A stretch of DNA of 58,186 bases, taken from Thermoproteota archaeon. Lineage in GTDB: Archaea > Thermoproteota > Thermoprotei > Thermoproteales > Thermocladiaceae. This document shows, in pieces, positions 17,429 to 28,290 of this stretch; the first letter of the stretch is position 1; the number at the start of each line of letters is the position of its first letter. Made by a program: the position numbers and the translations under genes. The stretch spans positions 1 through 58,186 of the forward strand of contig JAADCU010000114.1 in the NCBI GenBank assembly GCA_013154355.1. The letters run 5' to 3'. The notes below the pieces were generated by a model, which made no database searches, was not told the DNA's origin, and was given only the letters and a program-made list of their open reading frames with translations.

Positions 17429-18490
17429 ATGTTGCTTGGAGATTTTCTAGCAGATGAACTGAAGAAAAGAGGCATCTTTGATATTCATGTTGATAGAAGG
17501 GTTCTTAGAAAGCTTTTAGAATCTAAAGCTGACCCTCTTCAGTGGTTATCTATTCTACTTCTTCAAAGAAAAGCTAAAATTTGCGTAGAAGAGTATAGAG
17601 ATGGTGATGTAATATATGAACGATCTGGAATTAAGCTGCTTCATGGTAGAGGAAACATAATATCAAGATTCTACGCAAGATGGAGAAGTTCACAATGTAC
17701 AGCAGAGGTGGAGGATATTTACAAGTCTATTAGAGAGTTCGTTACTTATCTAAGAAGAAGACTATTATTCATCATTGATCTATCGTTCTGGAGTGAACAT
17801 ACTGAGGTAGAGAAGAAGGAGCTTGTTGAACAGATCGTAATGTGTATCAAGCTTGTAAGATCATATCTCTATGATACTTGCCTAGTATTAACATCCTGTT
17901 GTGATGAGTTTCTCAGCTACTTTAACAGGATCAGCAGAGGCATGTATCATGAGGTTGAGTTATCCTCACTTGATCTTAGAAGATTTCTACTGAAGATAGT
18001 TAAGACTCACAGGATAGCAATGCTCGATCCTGAAGGTGATCATGTACTGACAGAGGCAGACGTGAGATCATATAATGCGTACATAATTGGGGGAATTATT
18101 GATAAGGAGAGAGTTGACAAGTATGGAACGTTCAGACTATATAACCTATATAGACTTCACGAGCTAAATATACCTAGATTCAGAATATGTATAGATTGCT
18201 CAACCATAGGTGTGCCTGATAGGATAAACAGGATCATGGAGATAATAATCAAGAGTTCTCTATTAGGAAAGTCTATCATTGACTCCATACTTGAAGCACA
18301 GTCTAAGAAGGATAAAGTGTATAGATGGTATTACGAGATCCAGAAGTATTCTAAAAAGGTTATTAGAGATGGTAAGATGATGCATATCGTGAGTAGAGAT
18401 CTTCTCAACAAACTGATGAGCTTGTATCCTATATCTGATAAGGACATTGATAGAATATTTAAGTCGTTAAACGTCGAGGTCGTTGAGTAA
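17429..18490 (+). CDS. trm10: Trm10-like SPOUT tRNA (purine-9 N1) methyltransferase
   Basis: By-eye match to Trm10 core motifs: LLFIIDLSFWSEHTEVEKKELVEQI, MLDPEGDHVLTE....YNAYIIGGIIDK, IGVPDRINRIMEII. Confidence 0.5.
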   Translation: MLLGDFLADELKKRGIFDIHVDRRVLRKLLESKADPLQWLSILLLQRKAKICVEEYRDGDVIYERSGIKLLHGRGNIISRFYARWRSSQCTAEVEDIYKSIREFVTYLRRRLLFIIDLSFWSEHTEVEKKELVEQIVMCIKLVRSYLYDTCLVLTSCCDEFLSYFNRISRGMYHEVELSSLDLRRFLLKIVKTHRIAMLDPEGDHVLTEADVRSYNAYIIGGIIDKERVDKYGTFRLYNLYRLHELNIPRFRICIDCSTIGVPDRINRIMEIIIKSSLLGKSIIDSILEAQSKKDKVYRWYYEIQKYSKKVIRDGKMMHIVSRDLLNKLMSLYPISDKDIDRIFKSLNVEVVE

Positions 18491-18540
18491 GTAAACTATA
18501 GTGTTTAGGATCTCGAAACATTTATTAGGATCTTCTGTCT

Positions 18541-19182
18541 GTGGAACGTATGCGTAAGAAAACTATACCTATAGCAGTGTCAATAGCAGTAGTGATAATC
18601 GTGATAGCTATAGCATTAGTCTACCTCTATCATGGCTCTACGTCAGGAAGCGTCTACACTTCACATGGACCTACAGGTAGGTCATTCGTGAACGTTGGAT
18701 CTAATGTTGCACAGTACTGTTCTAATATAGGTAATATGAGCATTGGTCAAACCATAAGATGGTTATTTGATCATCATAGCGAGTTCAGGTTTATACGTTA
18801 CGAGTTTCCAAGTAACTTGACTATAGTATGGGTGATAGCAGCACCAAGTCACTCAATGCTTAGCATACTTGTCTCACATATAGAGCAGATGGAATGCGTG
18901 ATCGAGCATGGAGGCAATCCAAGACCTTGGGATCCAGTGTTTAGAGTTGACTCATATATCACTCGCAGATTTGTTAAGACTAGGATAGTGTGGTTGAACT
19001 CTACTGCCATAAAGGTGATAAAAGTAGCTAAAAATAGATGTGCTTATGAGGTAATAAAGCTTCATGCTGAGATTGTCGAAGGATTCTTCAAGACTGGGAG
19101 AATTGAAGCCCAGAAAATCCATGAGATCCCTAGCTACGTATTGAAGATCTGCAAGCCTTATCTTAATGCGACATCGTCATAG
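18541..19182 (+). CDS. hypothetical membrane-anchored protein
   Basis: N-terminal basic stretch plus a TM helix (RKKTIPIAVSIAVVIIVIAIALVYLY). The rest is unrecognised. Confidence 0.4.
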   Translation: MERMRKKTIPIAVSIAVVIIVIAIALVYLYHGSTSGSVYTSHGPTGRSFVNVGSNVAQYCSNIGNMSIGQTIRWLFDHHSEFRFIRYEFPSNLTIVWVIAAPSHSMLSILVSHIEQMECVIEHGGNPRPWDPVFRVDSYITRRFVKTRIVWLNSTAIKVIKVAKNRCAYEVIKLHAEIVEGFFKTGRIEAQKIHEIPSYVLKICKPYLNATSS

Positions 19183-19221
19183 GCATGTGAAATACTTTAA
19201 ACAGCTCTCAAACCTAGTCTC

Positions 19222-20169
19222 ATGAGTATGGAGCGATGTTGGCATCGTAGGGACGTTATTTCTATTCTTGATTTTGATCGTGAGTGTTTAGAGAAGTTAT
19301 TTAATCTCACATTACTTATGGAGAAGTACTCACGTACTCGTTTGAATATTCTTGAGGATAAGGTTCTAGCATTAGCATTCTTCGAACCAAGTACAAGAAC
19401 AAGGCTCAGCTTTGAGACGGCTATGAAGAGACTTGGAGGATCAACAATAGGATTCACGGGAGAGGAAGCCATATCTGTCTCTAAAGGAGAATCTATTGCA
19501 GATACTGTAAGAATGTTAGACTCCTATGCTGATGCTATAGTAATAAGACATAGTCTAGAAGGTGTTGCAAAGTATGCTGCAGAGATAGCAGATAATCCTG
19601 TAATAAATGCTGGTGATGGAACACAGAATCACCCAACTCAAGCAATGTTGGACCTGTACACAATATGGAGAGAGCTTGGTGAGATTGATGGAATATGTAT
19701 AGGAATATTAGGAGATTTAAAATATGCTAGAACAGTAAAATCATTCATAGAAGGTCTAACATTATTTAAACCTTCAAAAATCTATCTCATATCTCCTCCA
19801 GCTCTAAGACCGAGGAAAGAAGTTCTTGCAGTTCTAGAGAAAGCTGGACTAAAGTATGAGCATGTTGAGAACATTGACGATGTTATAAGAGAGCTAGATG
19901 TACTGTACGTGGTCAGGATTCAGAAGGAGAGATTTCCCGACGTTGTAGAGTATGAACGTGTAAAGGGAAGCTATAGAATAACTGTCGAGACCTTGAAGAA
20001 TGCTAAAGATACGTTAATAATACTTCATCCTCTTCCCAGAGTGGACGAGATAGATCCACAGGTCGACTATACTAGACATGCTAGATATTTTAAACAGGCA
20101 GCATATGGTGTTCCACTACGCATGGCTCTACTAACATTAATATTTGGGAGAGAGGACAAGGTCAAGTGA
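19222..20169 (+). CDS. pyrB: aspartate carbamoyltransferase catalytic subunit
   Basis: Motifs [17 protein letters not shown] and HPLPR. Confidence 0.95.
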   Translation: MSMERCWHRRDVISILDFDRECLEKLFNLTLLMEKYSRTRLNILEDKVLALAFFEPSTRTRLSFETAMKRLGGSTIGFTGEEAISVSKGESIADTVRMLDSYADAIVIRHSLEGVAKYAAEIADNPVINAGDGTQNHPTQAMLDLYTIWRELGEIDGICIGILGDLKYARTVKSFIEGLTLFKPSKIYLISPPALRPRKEVLAVLEKAGLKYEHVENIDDVIRELDVLYVVRIQKERFPDVVEYERVKGSYRITVETLKNAKDTLIILHPLPRVDEIDPQVDYTRHARYFKQAAYGVPLRMALLTLIFGREDKVK

Positions 20170-20651
20170 TGATGGAGAAGGAGCTCATAATAAGAAAGAT
20201 AAGAGACGGCATAGTCATAGATCACATACCGGCAGGAAGAGCATTGACAGTGTTGAAGCTTCTAGGAATAACAGGAAAAGAAGGTCTAAGAGTTGCATTA
20301 GTGATGAACGTAGAAAGTAGAAAGCTAGGTCTTAAGGACATAATAAAGATCGAGGGAAGAGAACTATCTAAAGATGAGCTCTCCGTGATAGCACTAGTAG
20401 CACCAACAGCAACAATAAACATAATAAGAAACTACGATGTTGTTCAGAAGTTTAAAGTAGAGATTCCTGACATAATTGAGGGAGCTCTCAAGTGTATAAA
20501 CAGTAAGTGCATAACGAATAAGCCTAGAGAGCCAGTTAAGACAAGGTTCATAACAATATCAAAAGATCCATTAATGATAAAATGTGATTACTGTGGTACA
20601 GTTTATACAGCACAGGATATAGAGAACATGTTATTGAGAAGTAGAGAATGA
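20166..20651 (+). CDS. pyrI: aspartate carbamoyltransferase regulatory subunit
   Basis: Motifs [13 protein letters not shown] and the Zn domain CINSKCITN...CDYCG. The start overlaps the pyrB stop. Confidence 0.9.
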   Translation: MMMEKELIIRKIRDGIVIDHIPAGRALTVLKLLGITGKEGLRVALVMNVESRKLGLKDIIKIEGRELSKDELSVIALVAPTATINIIRNYDVVQKFKVEIPDIIEGALKCINSKCITNKPREPVKTRFITISKDPLMIKCDYCGTVYTAQDIENMLLRSRE

Positions 20652-21565
20652 GAAACATACTTAGGTATGCTCATCCAGAAGTTACTCACAGAATAGCTCA
20701 CCTAGTAATGAGACATGTATCACCATTCTACGAGATAGAGCCTCATCTCGAGACTGAGCTTCTAGGAGTAAGATTCAGATGCCCCGTAGGAACTGGAGCG
20801 GGAATAGACAAAAATGGTGAACTATTGAGAACTTTTCAAAAAGTAGGAGCTGGATTTCATGTTATAGGTTCAGTTCTCTTGAGAGAACATAGAGGAAATC
20901 CTCATCCAAGACTATACAGATATCCTGAAAGACTTGCAATGATAAATGCTATGGGACTACCTTCAAAGGGTGTAAAACACGTTCTCAAGAATATTTATAG
21001 AGCAGATATCGAGATACCGTTAATAGTAAATATAGCAGGATTCAATATAGAAGAGTTCGTAACTCTCTCTAAGATACTTGACAGGATAGGTATAGTAAAA
21101 ATAGTCGAGCTTAATATAAGCTGTCCACAGTATAAGAACATAGACCTTCATAATCCAGAACTACTCTATGATCTACTGACAAGAGTTAGAGAAGTAACCT
21201 CTAAGCCAGTACTCGTCAAGATCAGACCTAGGAATGTAGATATTCGCAAGATAGTACATATATGCGAATCGTTTAAAAATGTTGGATTAACAATATCGAA
21301 CTCTTTTCCTATAAAAGCAGACTTTCTATCTTCAGGAGTAGGTGGAGTAAGTGGTCTTCCACTGTATAGACTAGTCTTCAGACTTATCAAGCTAGTACGT
21401 GATATAAGTGACATAGATGTAGTAGCATGTGGAGGAGTGTTTACTAGTAGACAAGTTATAGAACTAATGAGAAAGCTCAAGGTATCTCTCGTACAGGTTG
21501 TGACAGCGATAGCTTATGAAGGTCCTCTCGCAATAATGAGAATAGTGAAAGATCTATCTAAGTAG
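20648..21565 (+). CDS. pyrD: dihydroorotate dehydrogenase
   Basis: Motifs [14 protein letters not shown] and [22 protein letters not shown]. It overlaps the pyrI stop by 4 nt. Confidence 0.75.
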   Translation: MRNILRYAHPEVTHRIAHLVMRHVSPFYEIEPHLETELLGVRFRCPVGTGAGIDKNGELLRTFQKVGAGFHVIGSVLLREHRGNPHPRLYRYPERLAMINAMGLPSKGVKHVLKNIYRADIEIPLIVNIAGFNIEEFVTLSKILDRIGIVKIVELNISCPQYKNIDLHNPELLYDLLTRVREVTSKPVLVKIRPRNVDIRKIVHICESFKNVGLTISNSFPIKADFLSSGVGGVSGLPLYRLVFRLIKLVRDISDIDVVACGGVFTSRQVIELMRKLKVSLVQVVTAIAYEGPLAIMRIVKDLSK

Positions 21566-22501
21566 GAGAAGAATCATCATAGTTAATAATGCTGATAGAG
21601 GTATAGAACCATATAGTACTGTTAATGCACGTTTAACATATTTCATATCTATTATCCTTATAGAGTATCCATAGCTTACACCAACTATGGAACATACGAG
21701 CAGTACAGAGAAGCTTACAGGAATACCAAATAGTGTAGCTATCTGAGCTGCTAGATAAGAAAATAACATAGCTGTTAAACAGCCTGTCAACGTTAATGCA
21801 TATACTCCAGCTAACTTACGAAGTGTTCTTCTACCAGTTACGAAGGTTCCAATCATCGAGGCAATAATTATGAGCACAAGTGCTTCAGGATCTCTTCCCT
21901 CAATAGACCATAAGTACCCTATATTATTTGCCCCAAAGCTCATACATAGGAGAAGTGATGCTATGTATGAAGCAATTCTATACGCTGATGCCGTTAATGT
22001 AGGTCTCCTACTTCCAACTCTATGAAGAGTCTTTAGAAGAAACGGTGAAAGTATTAAAATTATTATTGAAGATAAAGCCCAGTATGTTACCGCATATAGA
22101 AGTTTCAGATCTCCGTACATGAGTAGACCATATGTCATTATGCTTGTAGATAATATGTACATTAGTGACACAGGAACCTTAAATACTTCTCCTATAAGTA
22201 CTAGAATCAGCGTAACTGATAGAGCAATATTGAGAAAGCTTAAGGGCACAGTAATGGTAATCATGTGCCTGCTCTGTAGTATGAGACCAACAATATAGCT
22301 GACATATGCAAATACTGGAGCATTCTTCTCATTAAGCATTCTCGTACTCACTAAAGGTCCGACACATACTGAGAGATTGTTACTACTTATCAAGTATGTT
22401 AACAATGTTACTAATATTAAGGTCAGTAACGACCTCATCTGATCAGGATATAGATATGAGTAGAAGTAACGTAAGCTCTGCAAGATCTCGTAACTTATCA
22501 A
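21554..22501 (-). CDS. inorganic phosphate transporter, PiT (PHO4) family
   Basis: Polytopic membrane protein with a GANNIGY motif (compare PiT GANDVAN), sitting next to DUF47 Pit-accessory genes. Confidence 0.55.
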   Translation of the reverse strand: MISYEILQSLRYFYSYLYPDQMRSLLTLILVTLLTYLISSNNLSVCVGPLVSTRMLNEKNAPVFAYVSYIVGLILQSRHMITITVPLSFLNIALSVTLILVLIGEVFKVPVSLMYILSTSIMTYGLLMYGDLKLLYAVTYWALSSIIILILSPFLLKTLHRVGSRRPTLTASAYRIASYIASLLLCMSFGANNIGYLWSIEGRDPEALVLIIIASMIGTFVTGRRTLRKLAGVYALTLTGCLTAMLFSYLAAQIATLFGIPVSFSVLLVCSIVGVSYGYSIRIIDMKYVKRALTVLYGSIPLSALLTMMILLLLR

Positions 22502-23108
22502 CGACAGTATCCATCATGTATGTTATAGATACTGCAGAATGAAATTCTACTAGAGACATGTTATCAGCATAACTATATATGCTATCTAGCATCTTCTCCT
22601 TCATCTCATCAACCTCCTCCTCTATCTTCTCGATCTCGATCATGCGACTTCTAGACTCAGTAACAGACCCATTTATAACTGTGGTGTAGATGTCCTGTAA
22701 GCTCTTTATTGCCTGTGATGCTTTTCTTCCTGCCTCAGTTATGTATGCATGTACCTTAGCAACTATGTCCCTATTCTTGGAGTATCTTACAAGTCTTTCA
22801 AACTCTTTAGATAGGACGTAGATCTCGTCTAGAACATCATCTATCTTGTTAGCCATTATCTCTATTATGTTTAAGGCGTGTGCAGTCACAGCACCACGTG
22901 ATAGAAGTTCTGAGATCTCTCTAGATATCTCATCTCCTCTCTTCTCAAGCTCAGCTATCTTCTTTAAGCATTGATTACCTAGTCTACACTCAGGTGCTGT
23001 AAGTATCTCGAGAGCCTTCATCGAAAGTGATAAATGTTCTCTAAATTTATCAAATATAGTTTTTTCCTGTCCTCTAACTATGCTCAATATCTTGTCTAGA
23101 ATTCTCAT
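22443..23108 (-). CDS. DUF47 / PhoU-like phosphate transport regulator (Pit accessory protein)
   Basis: All-helical 221-aa protein with the DUF47-like layout (FREHLSLSMKALEIL ... EEEVDEMK). It overlaps the PiT gene by 59 nt. Confidence 0.55.
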   Translation of the reverse strand: MRILDKILSIVRGQEKTIFDKFREHLSLSMKALEILTAPECRLGNQCLKKIAELEKRGDEISREISELLSRGAVTAHALNIIEIMANKIDDVLDEIYVLSKEFERLVRYSKNRDIVAKVHAYITEAGRKASQAIKSLQDIYTTVINGSVTESRSRMIEIEKIEEEVDEMKEKMLDSIYSYADNMSLVEFHSAVSITYMMDTVVDKLRDLAELTLLLLISIS

Positions 23109-23146
23109 AGAGGTAACATGTGCGTAGGGTTATAATACTATTTGTA

Positions 23147-23845
23147 TCAAGAACCTGGAAGCATAGTGTACAAGGTCAACAACATGTTTGCAAGATCCTG
23201 TGCAGAGTCTGCTAGATTATCTACCAGTTGAACAATCATTCTCACATGTAGAAGCTCGTGGCATGTAATCTCGTTAGCTCTCTTAGATAGTTCTAGAAGT
23301 ATCTTGTTCTTTAGAACATCAACATCATGCTCAATATTGTTAACTCTCGATATATTGTTAGTTAGATCGTCAAGTCTCATCGACTCTGCAATGCTTGATC
23401 TCAAAGTTCTCACAGCCTCCTCACATAACTGTAATGTAGTATTTAGATAAGACGATAAGCTGCTCCAGACCTTACAATGATCTTCAGGAAGTGCTAGGTA
23501 TCTCTCTATCTCTAGCGTGAGCACGTTAACAGTGTCTAACATATCGTCAAGCTTATTCATTAAAGTCGATAACAGTGGTATAGATATTGGATGTAGAGAT
23601 CCAGATCTTATTATTAGAGCCCATGCTTCCTTCACAAGATCGTCTCCCCTCACCTCGAGACATTTTACTCTGTAAACAACATCTCCAATCTTGTTACATA
23701 GATCCGACCTGGTAGAACATTCTGTGACGAATGATCTAACTATTCTAATAGCTTCCTCTGTCAGAGATAGGTGACTAGACAAGCAGTCCAGTATCTTCCT
23801 GTCTAGTGCTAATCTACCTACTAATCGTGCAAGTATGTTCCTCAT
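23147..23845 (-). CDS. DUF47 / PhoU-like protein, second paralogue
   Basis: Same helical architecture and similar motif spacing as the neighbouring DUF47 gene (LSSHLSLTEEAIRIV ... IEHDVDVLK). Confidence 0.5.
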   Translation of the reverse strand: MRNILARLVGRLALDRKILDCLSSHLSLTEEAIRIVRSFVTECSTRSDLCNKIGDVVYRVKCLEVRGDDLVKEAWALIIRSGSLHPISIPLLSTLMNKLDDMLDTVNVLTLEIERYLALPEDHCKVWSSLSSYLNTTLQLCEEAVRTLRSSIAESMRLDDLTNNISRVNNIEHDVDVLKNKILLELSKRANEITCHELLHVRMIVQLVDNLADSAQDLANMLLTLYTMLPGS

Positions 23846-23846
23846 T

Positions 23847-24845
23847 TTAGAGCTTCTCCCTCAAGTATAGTTCTATACTCTTCGCAGCTTTTAAACCAGT
23901 ACCCACGGCCTGTCCTATGCTTGATGGACCAAGCACGACGTCTCCTGCTGCATAGATCTTAGGATTTCTTGTTCTAAAATTCTCATCAACCTTTATCTTA
24001 CCTCTCTCAATCTCTATATTAAACATGTATGCGGTCTTCTCATCTACTGGAGGAGTTGGTTCCTCTCCTATAGCCTCTATCACACTATCACAGTCTATCA
24101 CTACTCTATCTTTCTCATCTATCTGAAATCTATCACCTACACGCACGACCTTACATGCCTCGATACCTGTGACTCTGCCTCTATCTATAATTATCTTGAC
24201 CGGGTTTCTCTCCTCAAATACTTCAATACTGTATCTTCTAGTTAGCTCAGAGAGCTCTCTATATGCTCTAGATTCTGCTAATCTTCTCCTATAGATGAGT
24301 ATGACCTTCCTCTTTCTTAAACATAGTTCTTCTACAACGTCTACAGCTGTCCTACCTGCACCAACTACTACAACTCTCTCACCTATGTCAGGTTCTTGAG
24401 ACGTGTAACCTAGCTCTCTCAGTCTTATCCTGAATATGAACTCTAGAGCTGGATACACTCCGAGACCTTCCTCACCCTCGATTCCAAGCATTCTACTTCT
24501 CCAAGCACCTGTACATATTAGCAGCGCATCATACTTATCTACTAGTTGTCTAAAACTTACGACATCTCTAATAATCTCGTCACCTTCACATCTCACCTCG
24601 CCTTCCTGTACCTTTACACCTAGATTAAACACTACCCCCCTCCTCTCAAGCTCGACTCTTCTCTGAACGAGCTTCTTCTTTGGTATTCTTCTTTCAGGTA
24701 TTGCAAACATCATCATTCCACCAATTTCAGGTAGTCTATCATAAACATGTACTTCAACTCCTCTACTTGATAAGTAATCAGCAGCTTGAAGGCCAGCTGG
24801 TCCTGACCCAAGTATAGCTACTTTACGTCCTACCTTCTCCATCAT
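23847..24845 (-). CDS. GltD/SudA-like FAD/NAD(P)H pyridine-nucleotide oxidoreductase (lacks the N-terminal Fe-S domain)
   Basis: Motifs VAILGSGPAGLQAADYL..GVEVHVYDRLPEIGGMM..IPE.R.PK, a second Rossmann VVVVGAGRTAVD, and AAGDVV near the C-terminus. Confidence 0.6.
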   Translation of the reverse strand: MMEKVGRKVAILGSGPAGLQAADYLSSRGVEVHVYDRLPEIGGMMMFAIPERRIPKKKLVQRRVELERRGVVFNLGVKVQEGEVRCEGDEIIRDVVSFRQLVDKYDALLICTGAWRSRMLGIEGEEGLGVYPALEFIFRIRLRELGYTSQEPDIGERVVVVGAGRTAVDVVEELCLRKRKVILIYRRRLAESRAYRELSELTRRYSIEVFEERNPVKIIIDRGRVTGIEACKVVRVGDRFQIDEKDRVVIDCDSVIEAIGEEPTPPVDEKTAYMFNIEIERGKIKVDENFRTRNPKIYAAGDVVLGPSSIGQAVGTGLKAAKSIELYLREKL

Positions 24846-25716
24846 GTGAATATGTTCGAACTCTAAAATTTATGTAATCTGATGTTGTAACAACTCCTGA
24901 ACCTTTCTCAACTCCTAGAAACCTAGCGATAGGTCCACACTTAGCTACGAGGAGAAATAGAACTCTCGGTGATGTTTGTCCTCTACACCAGTCTATATAT
25001 GCTTCAAGATTAGCTATTCCCTTGCTAATTATAAGTGTTCCTGGTTCATCAAATTCTTTTACAGCATAGAGGATCGGAGGACTTCTTCCACATGTTTCAA
25101 CTATCTCGAATCTCATGTTTAGTCTCTCTAGAGTATCCTCAACTATGTCCCTAGTCACGTCTATCTCGTATGGTCTCTCTCTGATCAGTAGTATAACATC
25201 ATGATCTTTTCTCAACATATTTGCAAAAGCTATATCAAACACATGTTCTCCAGAGTTATCAAGTACGTAGCATACTCTTCTAGAGCTTCTTATGAGGTCA
25301 CATATCTTCACATTACGTTCAAGAATCTCTACATCTCTCATAAGCACGTCATATATGTTAGATAGGTCTGGTCTATAATCATGCATCTCAACGTCTAGAA
25401 GATTTGCATTTACTGCAAATTTTAAAGCATTCTCAAGCGTGCTCATGTTATCACGAACAATGTTATATATCTTCAGAAACTTCTCGTACATCTCCATCTT
25501 CTCTTCTCTATGTGGATCATACTTACCTGACAGCTTCACTACCAGGTCAAAACTGTGTATGAATATGTTTGTTCTCTTATCAAGATCGAGCTCAGATAGT
25601 TCTCTTAGAAACCTCTTGACAATATCTGTACATAGTCCACAAGTCTTATACAGCTCTCTAAGACGAGACTCCAACAAGCATAGTAGACAGTTCAAGCTAT
25701 CTAAAAACACTTCCAA
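24823..25716 (-). CDS. DUF89 (ARMT1-like damage-control phosphatase) family protein
   Basis: Motifs YVLDNSGEHVFDI and ISKGIANLE, characteristic of DUF89. Confidence 0.6.
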   Translation of the reverse strand: MEVFLDSLNCLLCLLESRLRELYKTCGLCTDIVKRFLRELSELDLDKRTNIFIHSFDLVVKLSGKYDPHREEKMEMYEKFLKIYNIVRDNMSTLENALKFAVNANLLDVEMHDYRPDLSNIYDVLMRDVEILERNVKICDLIRSSRRVCYVLDNSGEHVFDIAFANMLRKDHDVILLIRERPYEIDVTRDIVEDTLERLNMRFEIVETCGRSPPILYAVKEFDEPGTLIISKGIANLEAYIDWCRGQTSPRVLFLLVAKCGPIARFLGVEKGSGVVTTSDYINFRVRTYSHDGEGRT

Positions 25717-25768
25717 CCACTTAGAACCGTGTTATTAAGCTTTTTAATCTGATCCTCATACATGTCCT

Positions 25769-27076
25769 GTGGGAAAGCTACTAGTAAAAGTGCTAGGAGG
25801 TGCAGGAGAGGTTGGAAGAGCTGCAGTACTTGTAAAATCATTAGAGAGCGGTTCAGCAGTACTTCTTGACTATGGTGTGAACTTTGACGAACAAGATAGG
25901 CCACTATTCCCACAACATGTGAGACCAAGAGACATAACCTGCATAGCTCTCTCACATGCTCATCTTGATCACTGTGGTTCACTTCCAAGTCTATTCGTAA
26001 GCTACGAGCTTGCACTATATGCTACACCTCTCACAATAGAGCTTAGTGACCTTCTAATAAAAGATCTTCTTAAACTTAGTGGATACTACCTTCCTTATGA
26101 GCATAGAGAAGTCTCAAAGATGCTTGAATGTACAGTGCCAGTAACATATGGAGAAGTTGTAGAGATCTCACGTGATCTATCTCTCACATTCCTCAACGCT
26201 GGACACGTTCCTGGAAGCTCAATGATTCTCATAGAGATGGATGGATGGCGCATACTTTACACGGGAGACTTCAACCCAATGCCGACCTGCCTACTGAATG
26301 GTGCAGATCTCTCAAACATACCTAGAGATGTCGATCTCGTGATAATGGAGGGAACATATGTCAATGGTACTCACCCTCCAAGAGAGGTCCTAGAGAGACA
26401 GCTCGTAGAGATCACACTATCAGTACTTGAAGAAGGTGGATGTGTACTAATACCTAGTTTCACAGTTGGTAGATCACAGGAGGTACTATCAATACTTGTT
26501 AAATACGGAATAGACACATATCCCATAATAGTCGACGGCTTAGCAAGAATAGCTAACGAGATAATAGCAAGATATCCTCACTATCTTAGAGACTACAAGC
26601 TATATAAGAGAGCAATGGAGGTAGCAATAGAGGTACCAAGTGACTATTTCAGAAGAAACGTAGGATCAGAACCATGTATAGTGATATCACCTGCAGGCAT
26701 GTTAAAGGGAGGAGCAGTCATACAGTACTTAAAGAAGCTCTCTAGAAATCGTAAGAATGCTATAATACTACCAAGCTTTCAAGCACCTGGAACGCCTGGC
26801 TTTCAGATTCTTACAAAGGGAAAAGCTATCGTAGATAACAAGGAGATAAAGATTGATGCACAGATATACTGGCTAGACCTGAGCGCGCATGCTGGAAGAA
26901 GAGAGCTAGAAGACTTCATAAGAAGATTTGATAATAATACAAAAATAATAATGGTACATACAACACTGCTAAACGCTCTCAAGTTCATTACAAGGCTGAA
27001 ACAGAAGTATGATATAGATAACGTACTGGTACCACGTAGCCTTGGCGAGACTCTGATACTAGAGAAAACGGCTTAA
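25769..27076 (+). CDS. beta-CASP metallo-beta-lactamase RNase (short aCPSF2-like form)
   Basis: GTG start. MBL motifs HAHLDHCG, GHVPGS and YTGDF; beta-CASP motifs MEGTY and DLSAHAGRRELEDFI. Confidence 0.8.
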   Translation: MGKLLVKVLGGAGEVGRAAVLVKSLESGSAVLLDYGVNFDEQDRPLFPQHVRPRDITCIALSHAHLDHCGSLPSLFVSYELALYATPLTIELSDLLIKDLLKLSGYYLPYEHREVSKMLECTVPVTYGEVVEISRDLSLTFLNAGHVPGSSMILIEMDGWRILYTGDFNPMPTCLLNGADLSNIPRDVDLVIMEGTYVNGTHPPREVLERQLVEITLSVLEEGGCVLIPSFTVGRSQEVLSILVKYGIDTYPIIVDGLARIANEIIARYPHYLRDYKLYKRAMEVAIEVPSDYFRRNVGSEPCIVISPAGMLKGGAVIQYLKKLSRNRKNAIILPSFQAPGTPGFQILTKGKAIVDNKEIKIDAQIYWLDLSAHAGRRELEDFIRRFDNNTKIIMVHTTLLNALKFITRLKQKYDIDNVLVPRSLGETLILEKTA

Positions 27077-27108
27077 GTATCGTTCAGTAAGATAAATCTT
27101 AAAAGAAC

Positions 27109-28290
27109 ATGCTGAAAAACAGGGCTATATCGAACATAGTAGCAGTATCACTACTCTTAGCAATAATGTTCATAGTACTCTCGATACTATACATATACGT
27201 ATGGAGAAACGTATCAACAGTATCAATAGTACAACATTCAACAAGTTCTCCGCTAGTCATAACGGGAGTACACTTCACAGTAGATGCGATCATAATCGAT
27301 GTTAGAGCAGAAACATCACCAGCATATGTAAGATATGTATACATCTTCGCGTATCCATCTAGAGCGTTGATAGACGTAATAAAGCTTAATCCTCCAATAC
27401 GTGTACCACTTGGAAAAACAGTATCTATCCCCGTGAACATTGGATCTATACTCGGTAAGATAAGTTCAAAGTATGTTCTTGTAGCAGTAGGATCAGAGTA
27501 CGGATCGCTAATAGCCGTATATGGAAAGCCTATACCAATAAAACAGATACAGACATACCTCTCCAAGAGTACTGAGTTTGTACTATTAGCAGCACGAACA
27601 GGTTCAGGTCTTCAAGTTGATCCTACACAAATACACTTTGTAATAATCAACCCAGCACTTGACACGTACCAGTTCTACTATATAAGTGGCTCAACAGTAG
27701 AGTCTGTGAGTGGAAAGTTGACATTATGGTACTCTAATAAGCTTTATCTGAATGATACAAGCTTCTCATACAGGTACAATACTCTAGGTCCTGTAGTAGT
27801 GTTCGTAGATCCCTACAAGGCTACTCAAACATACACCGTGACCATAGTTGACATAGGTGGTACACCGCACACGTTTACTCTACCAAAACTTGTGAACAAT
27901 CCTTCAGAAGTAATAGCTGATTATCTAATATGTTGGGAAGACCTATGGTGGCCTGGTACTACAGCAGCCTTAGATAACTACATAGACGAGGTCATAAGAG
28001 TAACAATATTTGTAAATGGTACTGTGAGAATAGAACCAATACATGGATCTGGAGCGTTTCTACACATGTTCATGCTAGGATCATTAACAGAGAAACAGGT
28101 GCTTGATGCTGTAAATGCTTATGCGAGTCTAAACTCTTGTCTAAAAGGAACAGAGTACAATTTCATAGTGTTCGTGAAGCCTCATGGAACAGAGTATTCA
28201 GCAAGCGTAAGCGCACAGTTATGGGATCCGAACACGTGTACCTATATAACAGTGCCTCCACTACCAGTATTCTATAGATTAGCTGGGTAA
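27109..28290 (+). CDS. large secreted protein with a class III (pilin-type) signal peptide
   Basis: N-terminus MLKNRAISNIVAVSLLLAIMFIV (basic, then A-ISxxV hydrophobic). The rest is a beta-rich Thr/Val/Tyr domain with no recognised motif. Confidence 0.5.
   Translation: MLKNRAISNIVAVSLLLAIMFIVLSILYIYVWRNVSTVSIVQHSTSSPLVITGVHFTVDAIIIDVRAETSPAYVRYVYIFAYPSRALIDVIKLNPPIRVPLGKTVSIPVNIGSILGKISSKYVLVAVGSEYGSLIAVYGKPIPIKQIQTYLSKSTEFVLLAARTGSGLQVDPTQIHFVIINPALDTYQFYYISGSTVESVSGKLTLWYSNKLYLNDTSFSYRYNTLGPVVVFVDPYKATQTYTVTIVDIGGTPHTFTLPKLVNNPSEVIADYLICWEDLWWPGTTAALDNYIDEVIRVTIFVNGTVRIEPIHGSGAFLHMFMLGSLTEKQVLDAVNAYASLNSCLKGTEYNFIVFVKPHGTEYSASVSAQLWDPNTCTYITVPPLPVFYRLAG

Noticed and set aside
25701-26015. 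104-aa minus-strand ORF spanning the DUF89/beta-CASP intergenic region
   Set aside because: It overlaps two well-supported genes and consists mostly of Leu/His/Gln repeats.
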